This document shows, one piece after another, positions 37,131 to 46,244 of a stretch of DNA of 64,000 bases. The first letter of the stretch is position 1. Every line of letters begins with the position of its first letter. This DNA is from an uncultured delta proteobacterium (GTDB taxonomy: Bacteria > Myxococcota_A > Polyangia > Polyangiales > Polyangiaceae), in contig CAWDXG010000004.1 in the NCBI GenBank assembly GCA_963806225.1, positions 4,160,001 through 4,224,000 on the forward strand. The letters are read 5' to 3'. The notes under the pieces were generated by a model that saw nothing but the letters and a program-made list of their open reading frames with translations, was not told the DNA's origin and made no database searches. A program made the position numbers and the translations under genes.

Positions 37131-38789
37131 CGGCGAATGCGCGGCTCGGCTGCCGCCTCCCCAGCTCCCACTCCAGGTCGCCCGCGGTTCCCGTCACTGC
37201 GAGGCGGCCGCCGTGCACGCCTTCCAGGTGGCACCAGGTGCACAGGGCGATGACGTTGTCGTCGTCGTCACTGCCGCCGTGTGACCGGAAGCGGACATGG
37301 TGCGGCGTCACATCGTGCCGCGAGCACACGGGGCTCGAGCACGTGTAGCGGTCGCGCGCGTAGATGTGGGCGTACTTCTCGCTTCGCTCGCCGAGGTGCC
37401 GCCACGCTTCCCAGAAGGTGTCGCACAGCAGGCGCGCGAAGCTCGTGCCGCGCGGCAGGTGCTTGTGCATCACGCCGGCGAGCGTCCGCCAGAAGCGCGC
37501 CGTGTCCCGCGCCACCCGCAGATCCATCCGCACGCCCGCCGCGCCGGCGCCGAGCCTGGCAGACATCTGGCCTTGTGCTTCGAGCACTGCGTCGCGGTCG
37601 CCCGAGAGCACCCGCGACTCCAATCGACGGATCTCCCGTAGCGTCTCCTCTGAGGGCGGCGTCACCCGCCCGCCGATGTCCCGCGAGAGCTCCGCGGCGC
37701 GCACGTCTTCTTCGAGGTGCTTCGCCGTGCGCGCCCTGGCTCGCTCGATCCAGGCTTCGGCCGTCTCCGCCGTCGCAACCCGCGAGATCAAGAGCGCCGC
37801 TTCGTAACCAATCTCGCCCGCACCCAGTGCGCCTCGCACCCGCGCACACCAGCGCCGCGCCAGCGCGAGCTTCGCTTTGAAGCTGGACGGCGAAATCCCG
37901 AGTCGCTCACGGACGTACTGCGACTCGCTCGCGTAGCCGAGCCGCCGCCAGCCTTCCGCTTCGTGGAACGCCCGCGCCGCGCGGCCCAGCTCGACCTCGC
38001 GCTGACCGAGCTCTCGCGAAAGCTGACCAATCCGCGCATCCAGCGCGTGCAGGCTCCCGGGCAGCTCGAAGACCGCCGCGGCGCTCTCCCCCCCGGGACC
38101 GCGCTCGGTGAAGTTCTTCTCGCAGCGCTTCTCCGATTCCTCGCGCCAGGCGCCGAGCTGCTGTCGCCATCTGGCTTGTGCGTCTGCCTCGCGCTCGCTC
38201 CAATCGAAGACCTCCAGGTCGTTTGCTGGCAGGACATGCGAGAGCGAGCTGAAGCTTTCCGAAAGCAGCGCGTGCACGAAGCCCTCTGTCGTGTGCTCTC
38301 CGAAAGCGTGCTCGGCGAAGCGTCGGGTCCACTGCCAGAGCCACGCATCCGCCGCGCCCAGTGTCACGCCGAGCGTTACCCTCTCGAGATCACCGGAATG
38401 GACGCGATCGCTCCAGAGCGCGACATCTGCCGCGGACATCTGGCCCGACCCGACCAGCAACGCCCGCATCTCGCGCACGGTCGAGCCGAGCGCCAGCTCC
38501 GTCAGCCCCGCGTCCGTGTTCGGCGTCGCGTGGCGCGCGACGAGCTCCGCCATGCACCAGCCGAGCGCGCCGCCCGAGAGCGCCGCGCGGAGCTGCGGCA
38601 GCTTTGCCACCCGCTCGGCGAGCAGGCGCGACTCGTTGGCCCAGCGCGCACTCCGGCCAGAGCGCTCGCGCGCATACGCGCCGAGCGAGGAGAACCCGAG
38701 CTCGTGATGGCCGTTTCGCCGCGCGAGCAGCTCCAGCAGCTCGCCCAGCATGAGCCGCGTCCGGCTCTCGCCCCGCACCAGCTCGGCCA

Positions 38790-39050
38790 GCCGCGCGTCG
38801 AGTCGCACGACCCCATCCGGCGCGGCCGAGCGCGCCCGGCGCACCCCCGCATTGGACGGCCGCGCGTCGAACCGCACCATCCCATCCGGCGGTGCCGCAC
38901 TCGTCGACCGCACCCCCGCACTCGTCGACCGCACAACTCCATCCGGCGGTGCCGCGCGCGCCCGGCGCACCCCCGCACTCGTCGACCGCACAACTCCATC
39001 CGGCGGTGCCGCGCGCGCCCGGCGCACCCCCGCATTGGACGGCCGCACCG
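38790..39050 (-). repeat. In-frame mosaic tandem repeat (~57-bp unit) at the HNH N-terminus
   Basis: Encodes repeated AGVRRARAAPPDGVVRSTS-like peptides. Confidence 0.85.
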
Positions 39051-39081
39051 AAGCGACGGCGCCCCCAGAAAACATGAGAAT

Positions 39082-39113
39082 AGCGTAATGAGTACTGAAC
39101 ACTTGTCAAGTGT
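39082..39113 (-). promoter_or_regulatory. Leaderless sigma-70 promoter of the HNH gene overlapped by a LexA-like box
   Basis: Minus strand TTGACA-16 bp-TACGCT-6 nt-ATG; CTGAAC-ACTT-GTCAAG at 39095-39110. Confidence 0.65.
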
Positions 39114-39207
39114 AAGATGAAGAAATCATCCGGGCCAGCCCGGGGCCGCGCCCCGGCTTCTCGAAGGCGCCCGCAACCCACGGCTCGAACGAGCCCGACA
39201 CCACCCG

Positions 39208-40012
39208 CGACTCGACACGGAGCTGACGCCGCCCCCGACTCGACACCGGCCCAACCCCCCACGCGCGACTCGACACCCTGCAGCGCCGCCCCGCATCTCG
39301 AAGGCGCCCGCCGCCCCCGACTCGACACCGGCCCAACCCCCCACGCGCGACTCGACACCCTGCAGCGCCGCCCCGCATCTCGAAGGCGCCCGCCGCCCCC
39401 GACTCGACACCGGCCCAACCCCCCACGCGCGACTCGACACCCTGCGGCGCCGCCCCCGCATCTCGAAGGCGCCCGCCACGCGCGACTCGACACCCTGCAG
39501 CGCCGCCCCGCATCTCGAAGGCGCCCGCCGCCCCCGACTCGACACCGGCCCAACCCCCCACGCGCGACTCGACACCCTGCAGCGCCGCCCCGCATCTCGA
39601 AGGCGCCCGCCGCCCCCGACTCGACACCGGCCCAACCCCCCACGCGCGACTCGACACCCTGCAGCGCCGCCCCGCATCTCGAAGGCGCCCGCCGCCCCCG
39701 ACTCGACACCGGCCCAACCCCCCACGCGCGACTCGACACCCTGCGGCGCCGCCCCCGCATCTCGAAGGCGCCCGCCACGCGCGACTCGACACGGAGCCCG
39801 CCACGCGCGACTCGACACCCTGCGGCGCCGCCCCCGCATCTCGAAGGCGCCCGCCGCGCGCGACTCGACACGGAGCCCGCCACGCGCGACTCGACACCCT
39901 GCGGCGCCGCCCCCGCATCTCGAAGGCGCCCGCCACGCGCGACTCGACACGGAGCCCGCCACGCGCGACTCGACACCGAGCCCGCCGCGCGCGACTCGAC
40001 ACCGAGCCCGCC
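39208..40012. repeat. Modular tandem repeat array with 21 copies of CGACTCGACAC
   Basis: Cores from 39208 to 39992; first spacing 28 bp, then 26, 30 or 52/53 bp; higher-order 82-bp and 79-bp units. Confidence 0.95.
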
Positions 40013-40174
40013 CAGGTTTGGTGTGGCTCGTTGCTCCCGCACACCCTTGCGTTCGCGAGGGCGTTGTCGATGCGCGTCGAACCGCTCCGCCCGTTGCGAA
40101 TGTCCCATCGTCGAACAGCCGCTCCAGCTCGAGCCTGACGAGGTGTAGGCAACGAGCGGGATGCGGTCACGATG

Positions 40175-40813
40175 TCAGCGGTGGGTCTCGGCGTACCAGA
40201 TGAACAGCGCCATGAGAGCCAGAGAGACCATCACGGTGAGCGCGAGGCCGGGCTTGTGTTTCAGGGGAAGTGGGCGGGGCTGGTGGCGGGATCGTTGCTC
40301 TTCCTGGCGTGCGTGGATCCGGGCAAGCTCTTCGGTCTCGATGAGCCCGAACGTGCGATCACAGGTGAGCACCCCCCGGTCGAAATCGCGGAGCAGCGAG
40401 GCAAGCCACTCGTCGGCGCTGGTCGCGAGCACTTCCACATAGTCGTCGTCATGGGCGACCATCAGCACGCGCCCGTCACGGTCGTCGATCATGATGTGCT
40501 GGCCCGCGCCATCGCCGGCAATGGCAATCCACTCGGGCTCGACCCAGTATCCGTCCGGCTCGGCGCGGATCTCGTCGGCGATGCGAAGGGCATCACGGGC
40601 GTCTGCGAGCGAGCAGAACGAATGCGAGAGAACGGCAGGCAGGGTGTTCGCCTGACCGTTGGTAGCAGCGAACCACCGCCGTGCATGCCCGCCGGAGAAG
40701 CGGTCCTCGAGCGACGCCCATGCGTCTGAGCCAGCGGACGGACGTAGCTCGATCGCGTGCTCCGGGGGAAAGCGATCGACAAGTTTCGCGAGCAGCGTGG
40801 AGAGATCACTCAC
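40175..40813 (-). CDS. SMI1/KNR4 (SUKH)-family protein with C-terminal TM
   Basis: WFAATNG, WIAIAGDGAGQHIMID..GRV, LATSADEWL pattern. Confidence 0.75.
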   Translation of the reverse strand: MSDLSTLLAKLVDRFPPEHAIELRPSAGSDAWASLEDRFSGGHARRWFAATNGQANTLPAVLSHSFCSLADARDALRIADEIRAEPDGYWVEPEWIAIAGDGAGQHIMIDDRDGRVLMVAHDDDYVEVLATSADEWLASLLRDFDRGVLTCDRTFGLIETEELARIHARQEEQRSRHQPRPLPLKHKPGLALTVMVSLALMALFIWYAETHR

Positions 40814-40820
40814 GGTCTAG

Positions 40821-41050
40821 CCCGCGGATGGTCACACCCGACACCTGCGGGTTCAAGGGCCACGAGCTGAACCTGATACGCTTGCACGAGACCGCGGACC
40901 ATTCGGCGACACCCGGGCTTGCGCCCTCGAGCAGGATCAGCGCCCGCGAAGCCTACGCGCTCTACGCTGCTCACGGCGAGCCGTTCCGCGCCGCGGCCCG
41001 GCTCCGGGGTTCTGTTCTCCGGCAAGGGTACCGACCGCGAGCACCCGCGG
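40821..41050 (-). ncRNA. ssrS: Probable 6S RNA-like structured RNA
   Basis: Terminal stem CCGCGGGTG/CATCCGCGG, central bubble with GGTTCA/TGAACC hairpin, inner stem GGGCCGCGG/CCGCGGTCT; wobble pairs favour the minus strand. Confidence 0.55.
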
Positions 41051-41136
41051 CGCCGGGCGGGTGAGTGCGGCCGGCGCAGCCCATAGTATCGCAGCGCCTG
41101 TGATGGGAGTGCCGGGCACGCCGCGCCGAGGCGCAA

Positions 41137-41709
41137 CTAGCTGCCCAGGCGGGCGCTGGCCAGCACGCCGTATTCGCTGCCTGTGGGCTTGAGCACGGAG
41201 CGGTAGAGCCGGAGCTCGTTGAAGCAGAGCTCGATCGGTTCGAAGTGCGCGGCCTCGACGAGATCGCTCGCGTCGCCCGGGCGCTTGATGCGGGCCAGCG
41301 TCACGTGAGCGCGGAAGTCGCGGGTCTCGCGCGGCACACCGATCTCCTCCGCGACGGCTTCGAGGCGTTCGGCCAGCGCAACGATGATCCCGCCTTCGTC
41401 CGCAACGTGCGCGACCAGCACGCGCGCGCGCCGCACGCTGGCGAACGCGCCGAGCTCGTCGATCCGCGTATTCGCGGCGGGCGTGCCAACGCCGAGCTGT
41501 TCCACCGCCGACGAGAGCGCGGCGACGTGCTCCTCGTCGATCGAGCCCAGGAACTTGAGCGTGACGTGCAGCTGCTCGCGGGTCGTCCAGCGCGGGTGCA
41601 GGCGCGAGCGATCCGCGCGCCGTTTCATCCGCGCCTGCACCTCGAGCAGGGCATCGATGGCCGCGTCGGGCACCGGCAGCGCGAAGAACGCGCGGATGCG
41701 CTCGCTCAT
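41137..41709 (-). CDS. thpR: RNA 2',3'-cyclic phosphodiesterase (2H phosphoesterase)
   Basis: RAFFAL, HVTLKFLG and HVTLAR; ATGA-coupled to cinA. Confidence 0.92.
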   Translation of the reverse strand: MSERIRAFFALPVPDAAIDALLEVQARMKRRADRSRLHPRWTTREQLHVTLKFLGSIDEEHVAALSSAVEQLGVGTPAANTRIDELGAFASVRRARVLVAHVADEGGIIVALAERLEAVAEEIGVPRETRDFRAHVTLARIKRPGDASDLVEAAHFEPIELCFNELRLYRSVLKPTGSEYGVLASARLGS

Positions 41710-42950
41710 TTCTGGTGCCCGTGCAGGAGCACGCTGCGGATCAGCGCGAGTCCGGCAAAGGCACTGATGCGCTGGACCTGGGCGCGGGAGCCGGGCCACA
41801 CCATCCGGCGATCGCTGGTGCCGCCTGCTGTCGCAACCGCGTAGTGCACGAGGCCAACGGGTTTCTCCGGCGTGCCGCCGGTCGGGCCGGCGATCCCCGT
41901 CAGCGCGAGCGTGATGTCCACGCCCAGAAGCCGTCGCGCGCCTTCGGCCATGGCGCGGGCGACCTCGCTGCTGACCGCGCCCTTCGACTCGATCAGCGCG
42001 GGCGGAACGCCGAGCACCTGCTGCTTGATGGTGTTGGCGTAGCTGACGACGCCGCCCGCGAAGTACGCGCTCGCTCCAGAGCGCTCGGTAAGCAGCGCTG
42101 CTGCCTGTCCCCCCGTGCACGATTCGGCCAGACCCAGCATCCAGCCACGCTCTTCCAGCAGCCCGCCCAGCGCTTCGGAGAATGTGACGTCTCCTTCGCC
42201 GTAGACAGTGTCCGGCCCCAGGCGCCCGCGCACCTCGTCGGCGGCTCCCCGGGCACGCCGCTCCGCTTCCTCGCGCGAGGTGGCCCGTGCCAGCAGCTTG
42301 ACCTCTATCTCCGGAAAGTGCGCGCGGTAGCCGATGACGACGTTGTGCTCGTCCTCGATGCCGGCGAGCCGGTCGTTGACCCCCGATTCGGTCATGCCGA
42401 ACGTCTTGAGCCGCACCTGGACCAAGCGCTCTTCCACCAGCGGCTCGATCTCCGGTGCGACCAGCTCGCCGAACATCGTTTTCATTTCGCGCGGCACGCC
42501 CGGCAGGAAGAAGGCGTGGGCGCGTGGTAGCCGGATCGCGAACCCGGGCGCGGTGCCTTTGCGGTTCGGCAGCACGCTTGCGCCGCGCGGGAAATCCGCT
42601 TGCTTCTCGTTCGATGCGGCCATCTTGCGGCCGAAGCGCTCCATGCGCTTCCTGATCGCGGCGAGCGACTCCGCATCGCGCTCGAGCGGCACGCCGAGCA
42701 CCGCCGCCGCGCACTCGCTGGTGATGTCGTCGGTGGTGGGACCGAGACCGCCAGTCGACACGATCACCTCGTGCTCGCTCCCCATGCGCGCGAGCGTGCT
42801 CTGGATACGCGAGCGGTCGTCGTCGACGCACTCCACTTCCGTCACCTCGAAGCCGAGCCCGGTCAGCGTTTCGGACAGCCAGGTCGCGTTCGTGTTGACG
42901 ATCTCGCCCCGTGTGAGCTCTGTTCCGATGCACAGCACTGCCGCGGTCAT
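41706..42950 (-). CDS. cinA: Competence/damage-inducible protein CinA (NMN deamidase fusion)
   Basis: IGTEL, GGLGPTTDDIT, LPGVPRE, AESCTGG, TGIAGPTGG. Confidence 0.95.
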   Translation of the reverse strand: MTAAVLCIGTELTRGEIVNTNATWLSETLTGLGFEVTEVECVDDDRSRIQSTLARMGSEHEVIVSTGGLGPTTDDITSECAAAVLGVPLERDAESLAAIRKRMERFGRKMAASNEKQADFPRGASVLPNRKGTAPGFAIRLPRAHAFFLPGVPREMKTMFGELVAPEIEPLVEERLVQVRLKTFGMTESGVNDRLAGIEDEHNVVIGYRAHFPEIEVKLLARATSREEAERRARGAADEVRGRLGPDTVYGEGDVTFSEALGGLLEERGWMLGLAESCTGGQAAALLTERSGASAYFAGGVVSYANTIKQQVLGVPPALIESKGAVSSEVARAMAEGARRLLGVDITLALTGIAGPTGGTPEKPVGLVHYAVATAGGTSDRRMVWPGSRAQVQRISAFAGLALIRSVLLHGHQK

Positions 42951-43086
42951 GCGCGGCATGGTAGCGCGGAGAACCGATGTGTTCCCGCGGCGTTGCCGGG
43001 CGTGTCGCATTCCAGCCTGGGTAGATCGACACACTGCACGCCTGCCACGTCTCGCTCCCTCGCCGTGGATCGGATACCACGAAGCG

Positions 43087-43896
43087 ATGCAGGTCTTCCG
43101 TGTCACCGCAGCGCTGCTTTTCGCGGTCGCGCTCGCGGGCTGCAGCAGCGGCTCGAACGGTGCAAGCGGTCAGGGAGGCAGCGGCGCCGGTGGAAGTGGT
43201 GCGGGGAGCGGCAGCGGCGGAAGCGGCGCGGCCACCGGCAGCGGCGGCAGCGGTGCGGGGAACGGCAGCGGCGGGTCGTCGGGCGGCGGTTGCACGGTCG
43301 GAGCCAGCGAGACCGGTGACGGCACCTACTACGCCGCCGACGGAAGCGGGAACTGCGGCTTCGACCCGAGCCCGAACGACCTGATGGTCGCCGCCATGAA
43401 CGACCCGGACTATGCGGGCTCCGCCGTGTGCGGCGAGTGCGTCCACGTCAAGGGACCGAGCGGCGAGGTCACGGTGCGCATCGTCGATCGCTGCCCCGAG
43501 TGCAAGCACGGCGATCTCGATCTCAGCCCGCAGGCGTTCGCGAAGCTCGCGGATCCCAAGCTCGGACGCGTCACCATCCACTGGACGCCGGTCGCGTGCG
43601 ATGTCCAGGGGCCCATCCGCTATCGCTTCAAGGAAGGTGCGAACCAGTGGTGGACGGCCGTCCAGGTCAGGAACCACCGCTACGCGATCGCGAAGTTCGA
43701 ATACCAGAAAGCCGGCAAGTGGGTGGCTGTACCTCGCGAGAGCTACAACTACTTCGTCGAGGCCTCTGGCATGGGCCCGGGCCCGTACAGCTTCCGCGTT
43801 GCCGACGTGAAGGGCCACGTGCTGACGGACCAGAACATCCCGCTGAAAGTTGCAGCGGAGGTCGCCGGCGCCGCGCAATTTCCGGGTTGTCCGTAG
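43087..43896 (+). CDS. Bacterial expansin (EXLX1/YoaJ-like) lipoprotein
   Basis: LAGC lipobox, Gly/Ser linker, GDGTYY, CGECV, VDRCPEC..GDLDLS..AF, QVRNHR, YNYF. Confidence 0.9.
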   Translation: MQVFRVTAALLFAVALAGCSSGSNGASGQGGSGAGGSGAGSGSGGSGAATGSGGSGAGNGSGGSSGGGCTVGASETGDGTYYAADGSGNCGFDPSPNDLMVAAMNDPDYAGSAVCGECVHVKGPSGEVTVRIVDRCPECKHGDLDLSPQAFAKLADPKLGRVTIHWTPVACDVQGPIRYRFKEGANQWWTAVQVRNHRYAIAKFEYQKAGKWVAVPRESYNYFVEASGMGPGPYSFRVADVKGHVLTDQNIPLKVAAEVAGAAQFPGCP

Positions 43897-43980
43897 CGCG
43901 ATCCCGTGGTCGCGCGGTTGATCCGCATCACCTCGCGCCGCGCTTGAACGTCTCCTGGCGGCGGCCGTTGATTGTCGCCC

Positions 43981-44448
43981 ATGAAGATCCTCGACCGCGC
44001 GGGATTGTGTCTGGTGGTGGCATCGACCTTGCTGTTGGGGGCGTGCGGAGTTGCGACGGGGCCCCACATCCGCGTCGCCAATGCGCCGGCGGCAGAGCTG
44101 AAGGCGGCCGAGAACCAGGACAACGTCTGGTACGAATTCCAGCCGGGCGATGTCATACCGGTGCAGTTCGGATACCTCGGCGCACTGGAGGGCGGCTCGA
44201 GAGGCCCCGCGGCGTTCCGTGCCAAGCAGCACTTCTTCCTCGTCGCGTCGAAGCAAGGCCCCATGCAGCTCAGCTTCGACGGCAAGACGTTTGCCGGACC
44301 GAATGCCAGCCAATCCATCATCGCCGTCCTTCCGCGGAAATCGGGTCAGGGCGGCCAGCTCCTGTGGATCATCTACATGGGCGAGTCGGGAAACCCGAAA
44401 GCCGAGCTCCAGAAGGTCCTGGCCGAATCCGCGGACAAGGGACAGTAG
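43981..44448 (+). CDS. Putative lipoprotein
   Basis: LLGAC lipobox; natural composition. Confidence 0.7.
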   Translation: MKILDRAGLCLVVASTLLLGACGVATGPHIRVANAPAAELKAAENQDNVWYEFQPGDVIPVQFGYLGALEGGSRGPAAFRAKQHFFLVASKQGPMQLSFDGKTFAGPNASQSIIAVLPRKSGQGGQLLWIIYMGESGNPKAELQKVLAESADKGQ

Positions 44449-44454
44449 CCGCGC

Positions 44455-45330
44455 TCAGTGTCCGGCGGCGTACGCGCAGCGGAAGCCGATGTAGGGCTCG
44501 GGGCGCGAGCCGCTCTCCACCGACCAGCTCTTCAGGTCTGCCGCGACGCGCGAACGGTATGAACCGCCGCGTGCGACGAAGCGTCCGTCCGGTTCGGCCG
44601 TCCACTCCGCCACGTTGCCCGCCAGGTCCAGTGCGCCCTCGGGCGAGGCTCCATCCGGGCGCGCGCCCGCAAGCTCCGGCCCAGTTGCACCCTTTGCGCA
44701 CGGGCCCTCGACCAGACCGAACGCCACGCGCCGGCACACCAATCCGGTGGCGCCCCACGGATAGCGTCGGCCCTCTGGCCCCTCCGCCGCGAACAGCCAC
44801 TGGTCACCCGTCGGTAGCTGACCGCCTACGAAATGACAGAAGCGCTGCGCTTCCGTCGGGGAGACGTTGGTCACGGGGCGCCCCGGTTCGCGCATGTCGA
44901 CCGCGCGGCAGGTGCCCGCTGCCACGCACGTCTGCCACTCGTGGACCGTCACCTCGGCCGCGTCGAGCTCGAACGGTTCGACGTGTACGGTTCGCGGGCG
45001 GGAGTCGCCTGGCGCTTCCCAGTCACTGGCGCCGATGTGCAGCGTACCGCCGCTGTAGTCGATGCGCCGATCCGTCGCGACGCAGCCCGGGTGGTCGGCG
45101 AGCGTGCTCTGGGTCATGTCCGCGGCACACTGCGTGGGCTGGCCCGTGCATCGCCCGTCGTGCATCCGCTGGCCGACTCCGCAGCAGCGCGGGCCCAGGG
45201 CGACGAGGCCGGGCGGGCACCGCTCCGGTTGTCGCCGCTGGCGGCCCGCCAACTTCACGACAAGGAAGATCGCGCCGCCGCCGGCGATCAGCGCGGCAGC
45301 TGCGACGAGGATCAGGACGGGGCGTTTCAT
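44455..45330 (-). CDS. Formylglycine-generating enzyme (SUMF1/FGE-sulfatase) domain protein
   Basis: EVT, PVTNVS, RRYPWG, DLAGNVAEW, RGGS, GFRCA. Confidence 0.88.
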   Translation of the reverse strand: MKRPVLILVAAAALIAGGGAIFLVVKLAGRQRRQPERCPPGLVALGPRCCGVGQRMHDGRCTGQPTQCAADMTQSTLADHPGCVATDRRIDYSGGTLHIGASDWEAPGDSRPRTVHVEPFELDAAEVTVHEWQTCVAAGTCRAVDMREPGRPVTNVSPTEAQRFCHFVGGQLPTGDQWLFAAEGPEGRRYPWGATGLVCRRVAFGLVEGPCAKGATGPELAGARPDGASPEGALDLAGNVAEWTAEPDGRFVARGGSYRSRVAADLKSWSVESGSRPEPYIGFRCAYAAGH

Positions 45331-46106
45331 ACTGGCGGTCGCGAAGGAGGATGCTCCGTCGCGACCGCGAATTCCAGGGGATCAAGCGCTTCGATCTCGA
45401 CGCGCACGCGGTTCCCGTCCGAGAGCGGGCCGATGCCGTGGGGCGTCCCGGTCGCGATCAGATCGCCGGGCTCCAGCGTCATCGCTGCGCTGATGTAGGC
45501 GATCAGCGTCGCCACGTCGAAGACCATGTCGCGCGTGTTGCCGTCCTGCCGCAGCTCGCCGTCGACCGTCAGCCGGATGCCGAGCGTTGCTGGGTCCACG
45601 CCATCGACCACGTACGGCCCCAGCGGGCAGAAGGTGTCGAAGCCCTTCGCGCGCGCCCACTGCCCATCCTTTTTCTGCAGATCGCGCGCCGTCACGTCGC
45701 AAACCGGCGTGTAGCCGAACACGTGGTCGAGCGCGTGGGCCCGGTCCACGCGACGAGCGCGCCGTCCGATCACGACGCCCAGCTCCGCCTCGTAGTCCAC
45801 CCGCTCGCTCTCCGGCGGCAGAAGCACCGACCCGCCCGGCTCCAGCACCGACGACGGCGGCTTGAGGAACAGGAGCGGCTCGCGCGGGACCTCGTTGTCC
45901 AGCTCGGCGGCGTGCGCTCGATAGTTCCGGCCCACCCCGATGATCTTGCTGGGCGCGAGCGGTGCGAGCAGACCCGGACCCTCGAGCTCGGTGCCGGTTG
46001 GCTTGCCGCCGAGCCAGGGCGCCGCGGACAGGATCAGCGCGCGGTCGCCCTCCACACGGGCGTAGGTCGGAGAGCCGTCGGCGGTGCGGATCCGGGCAAA
46101 GCGCAT
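45327..46106 (-). CDS. Fumarylacetoacetate hydrolase family protein
   Basis: GRNYRAH, FLKP, DYEAEL, DVTARD, KGFDTFCPLGP, TGTP. Confidence 0.93.
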   Translation of the reverse strand: MRFARIRTADGSPTYARVEGDRALILSAAPWLGGKPTGTELEGPGLLAPLAPSKIIGVGRNYRAHAAELDNEVPREPLLFLKPPSSVLEPGGSVLLPPESERVDYEAELGVVIGRRARRVDRAHALDHVFGYTPVCDVTARDLQKKDGQWARAKGFDTFCPLGPYVVDGVDPATLGIRLTVDGELRQDGNTRDMVFDVATLIAYISAAMTLEPGDLIATGTPHGIGPLSDGNRVRVEIEALDPLEFAVATEHPPSRPPV

Positions 46107-46216
46107 CCTCCGCGTGTACCACCGAACCCGCGGATCGGGCGACGGCCAGGTCCCGATGCTGTGTCATGGTGTGCCATCCAGCTACTCCAACCCGGCCACC
46201 GGCGTGCCAGAGCGCC

Positions 46217-46232
46217 TGGCACAGTGCTTGCT
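46217..46232 (+). promoter_or_regulatory. Sigma-54 (-24/-12) promoter
   Basis: TGGCAC-AGTGC-TTGCT, exact consensus spacing, 12 bp before ATG 46245. Confidence 0.7.
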
Positions 46233-46244
46233 CGGCTTCCGGGC

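Noticed and set aside
39208..40012. CRISPR array interpretation of the repeat region
   Set aside because: The core is only 11 bp, the intervening sequences are repeated rather than unique, spacing is multimodal, and no cas genes are in the window.
38390..40170. Track ORFs across the array (38390..40108, 39106..40170, 39117..40148, 39126..39962)
   Set aside because: They are open only because the GC-rich repeat lacks stops; the 82/79-bp units rotate frames, so the same peptides appear in every frame.
40821..41050. RNase P RNA, tmRNA or riboswitch identity for the structured region
   Set aside because: It lacks the GAGGAAAGUCC motif, tRNA-like ends and recognisable aptamer motifs; the ACAGAACCC similarity alone is insufficient.
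41137..44313. 1058-aa ORF as a giant ThpR fusion
   Set aside because: Real thpR starts at 41709, coupled to the cinA stop; the upstream part is an alternative frame over cinA and antisense to the expansin gene.
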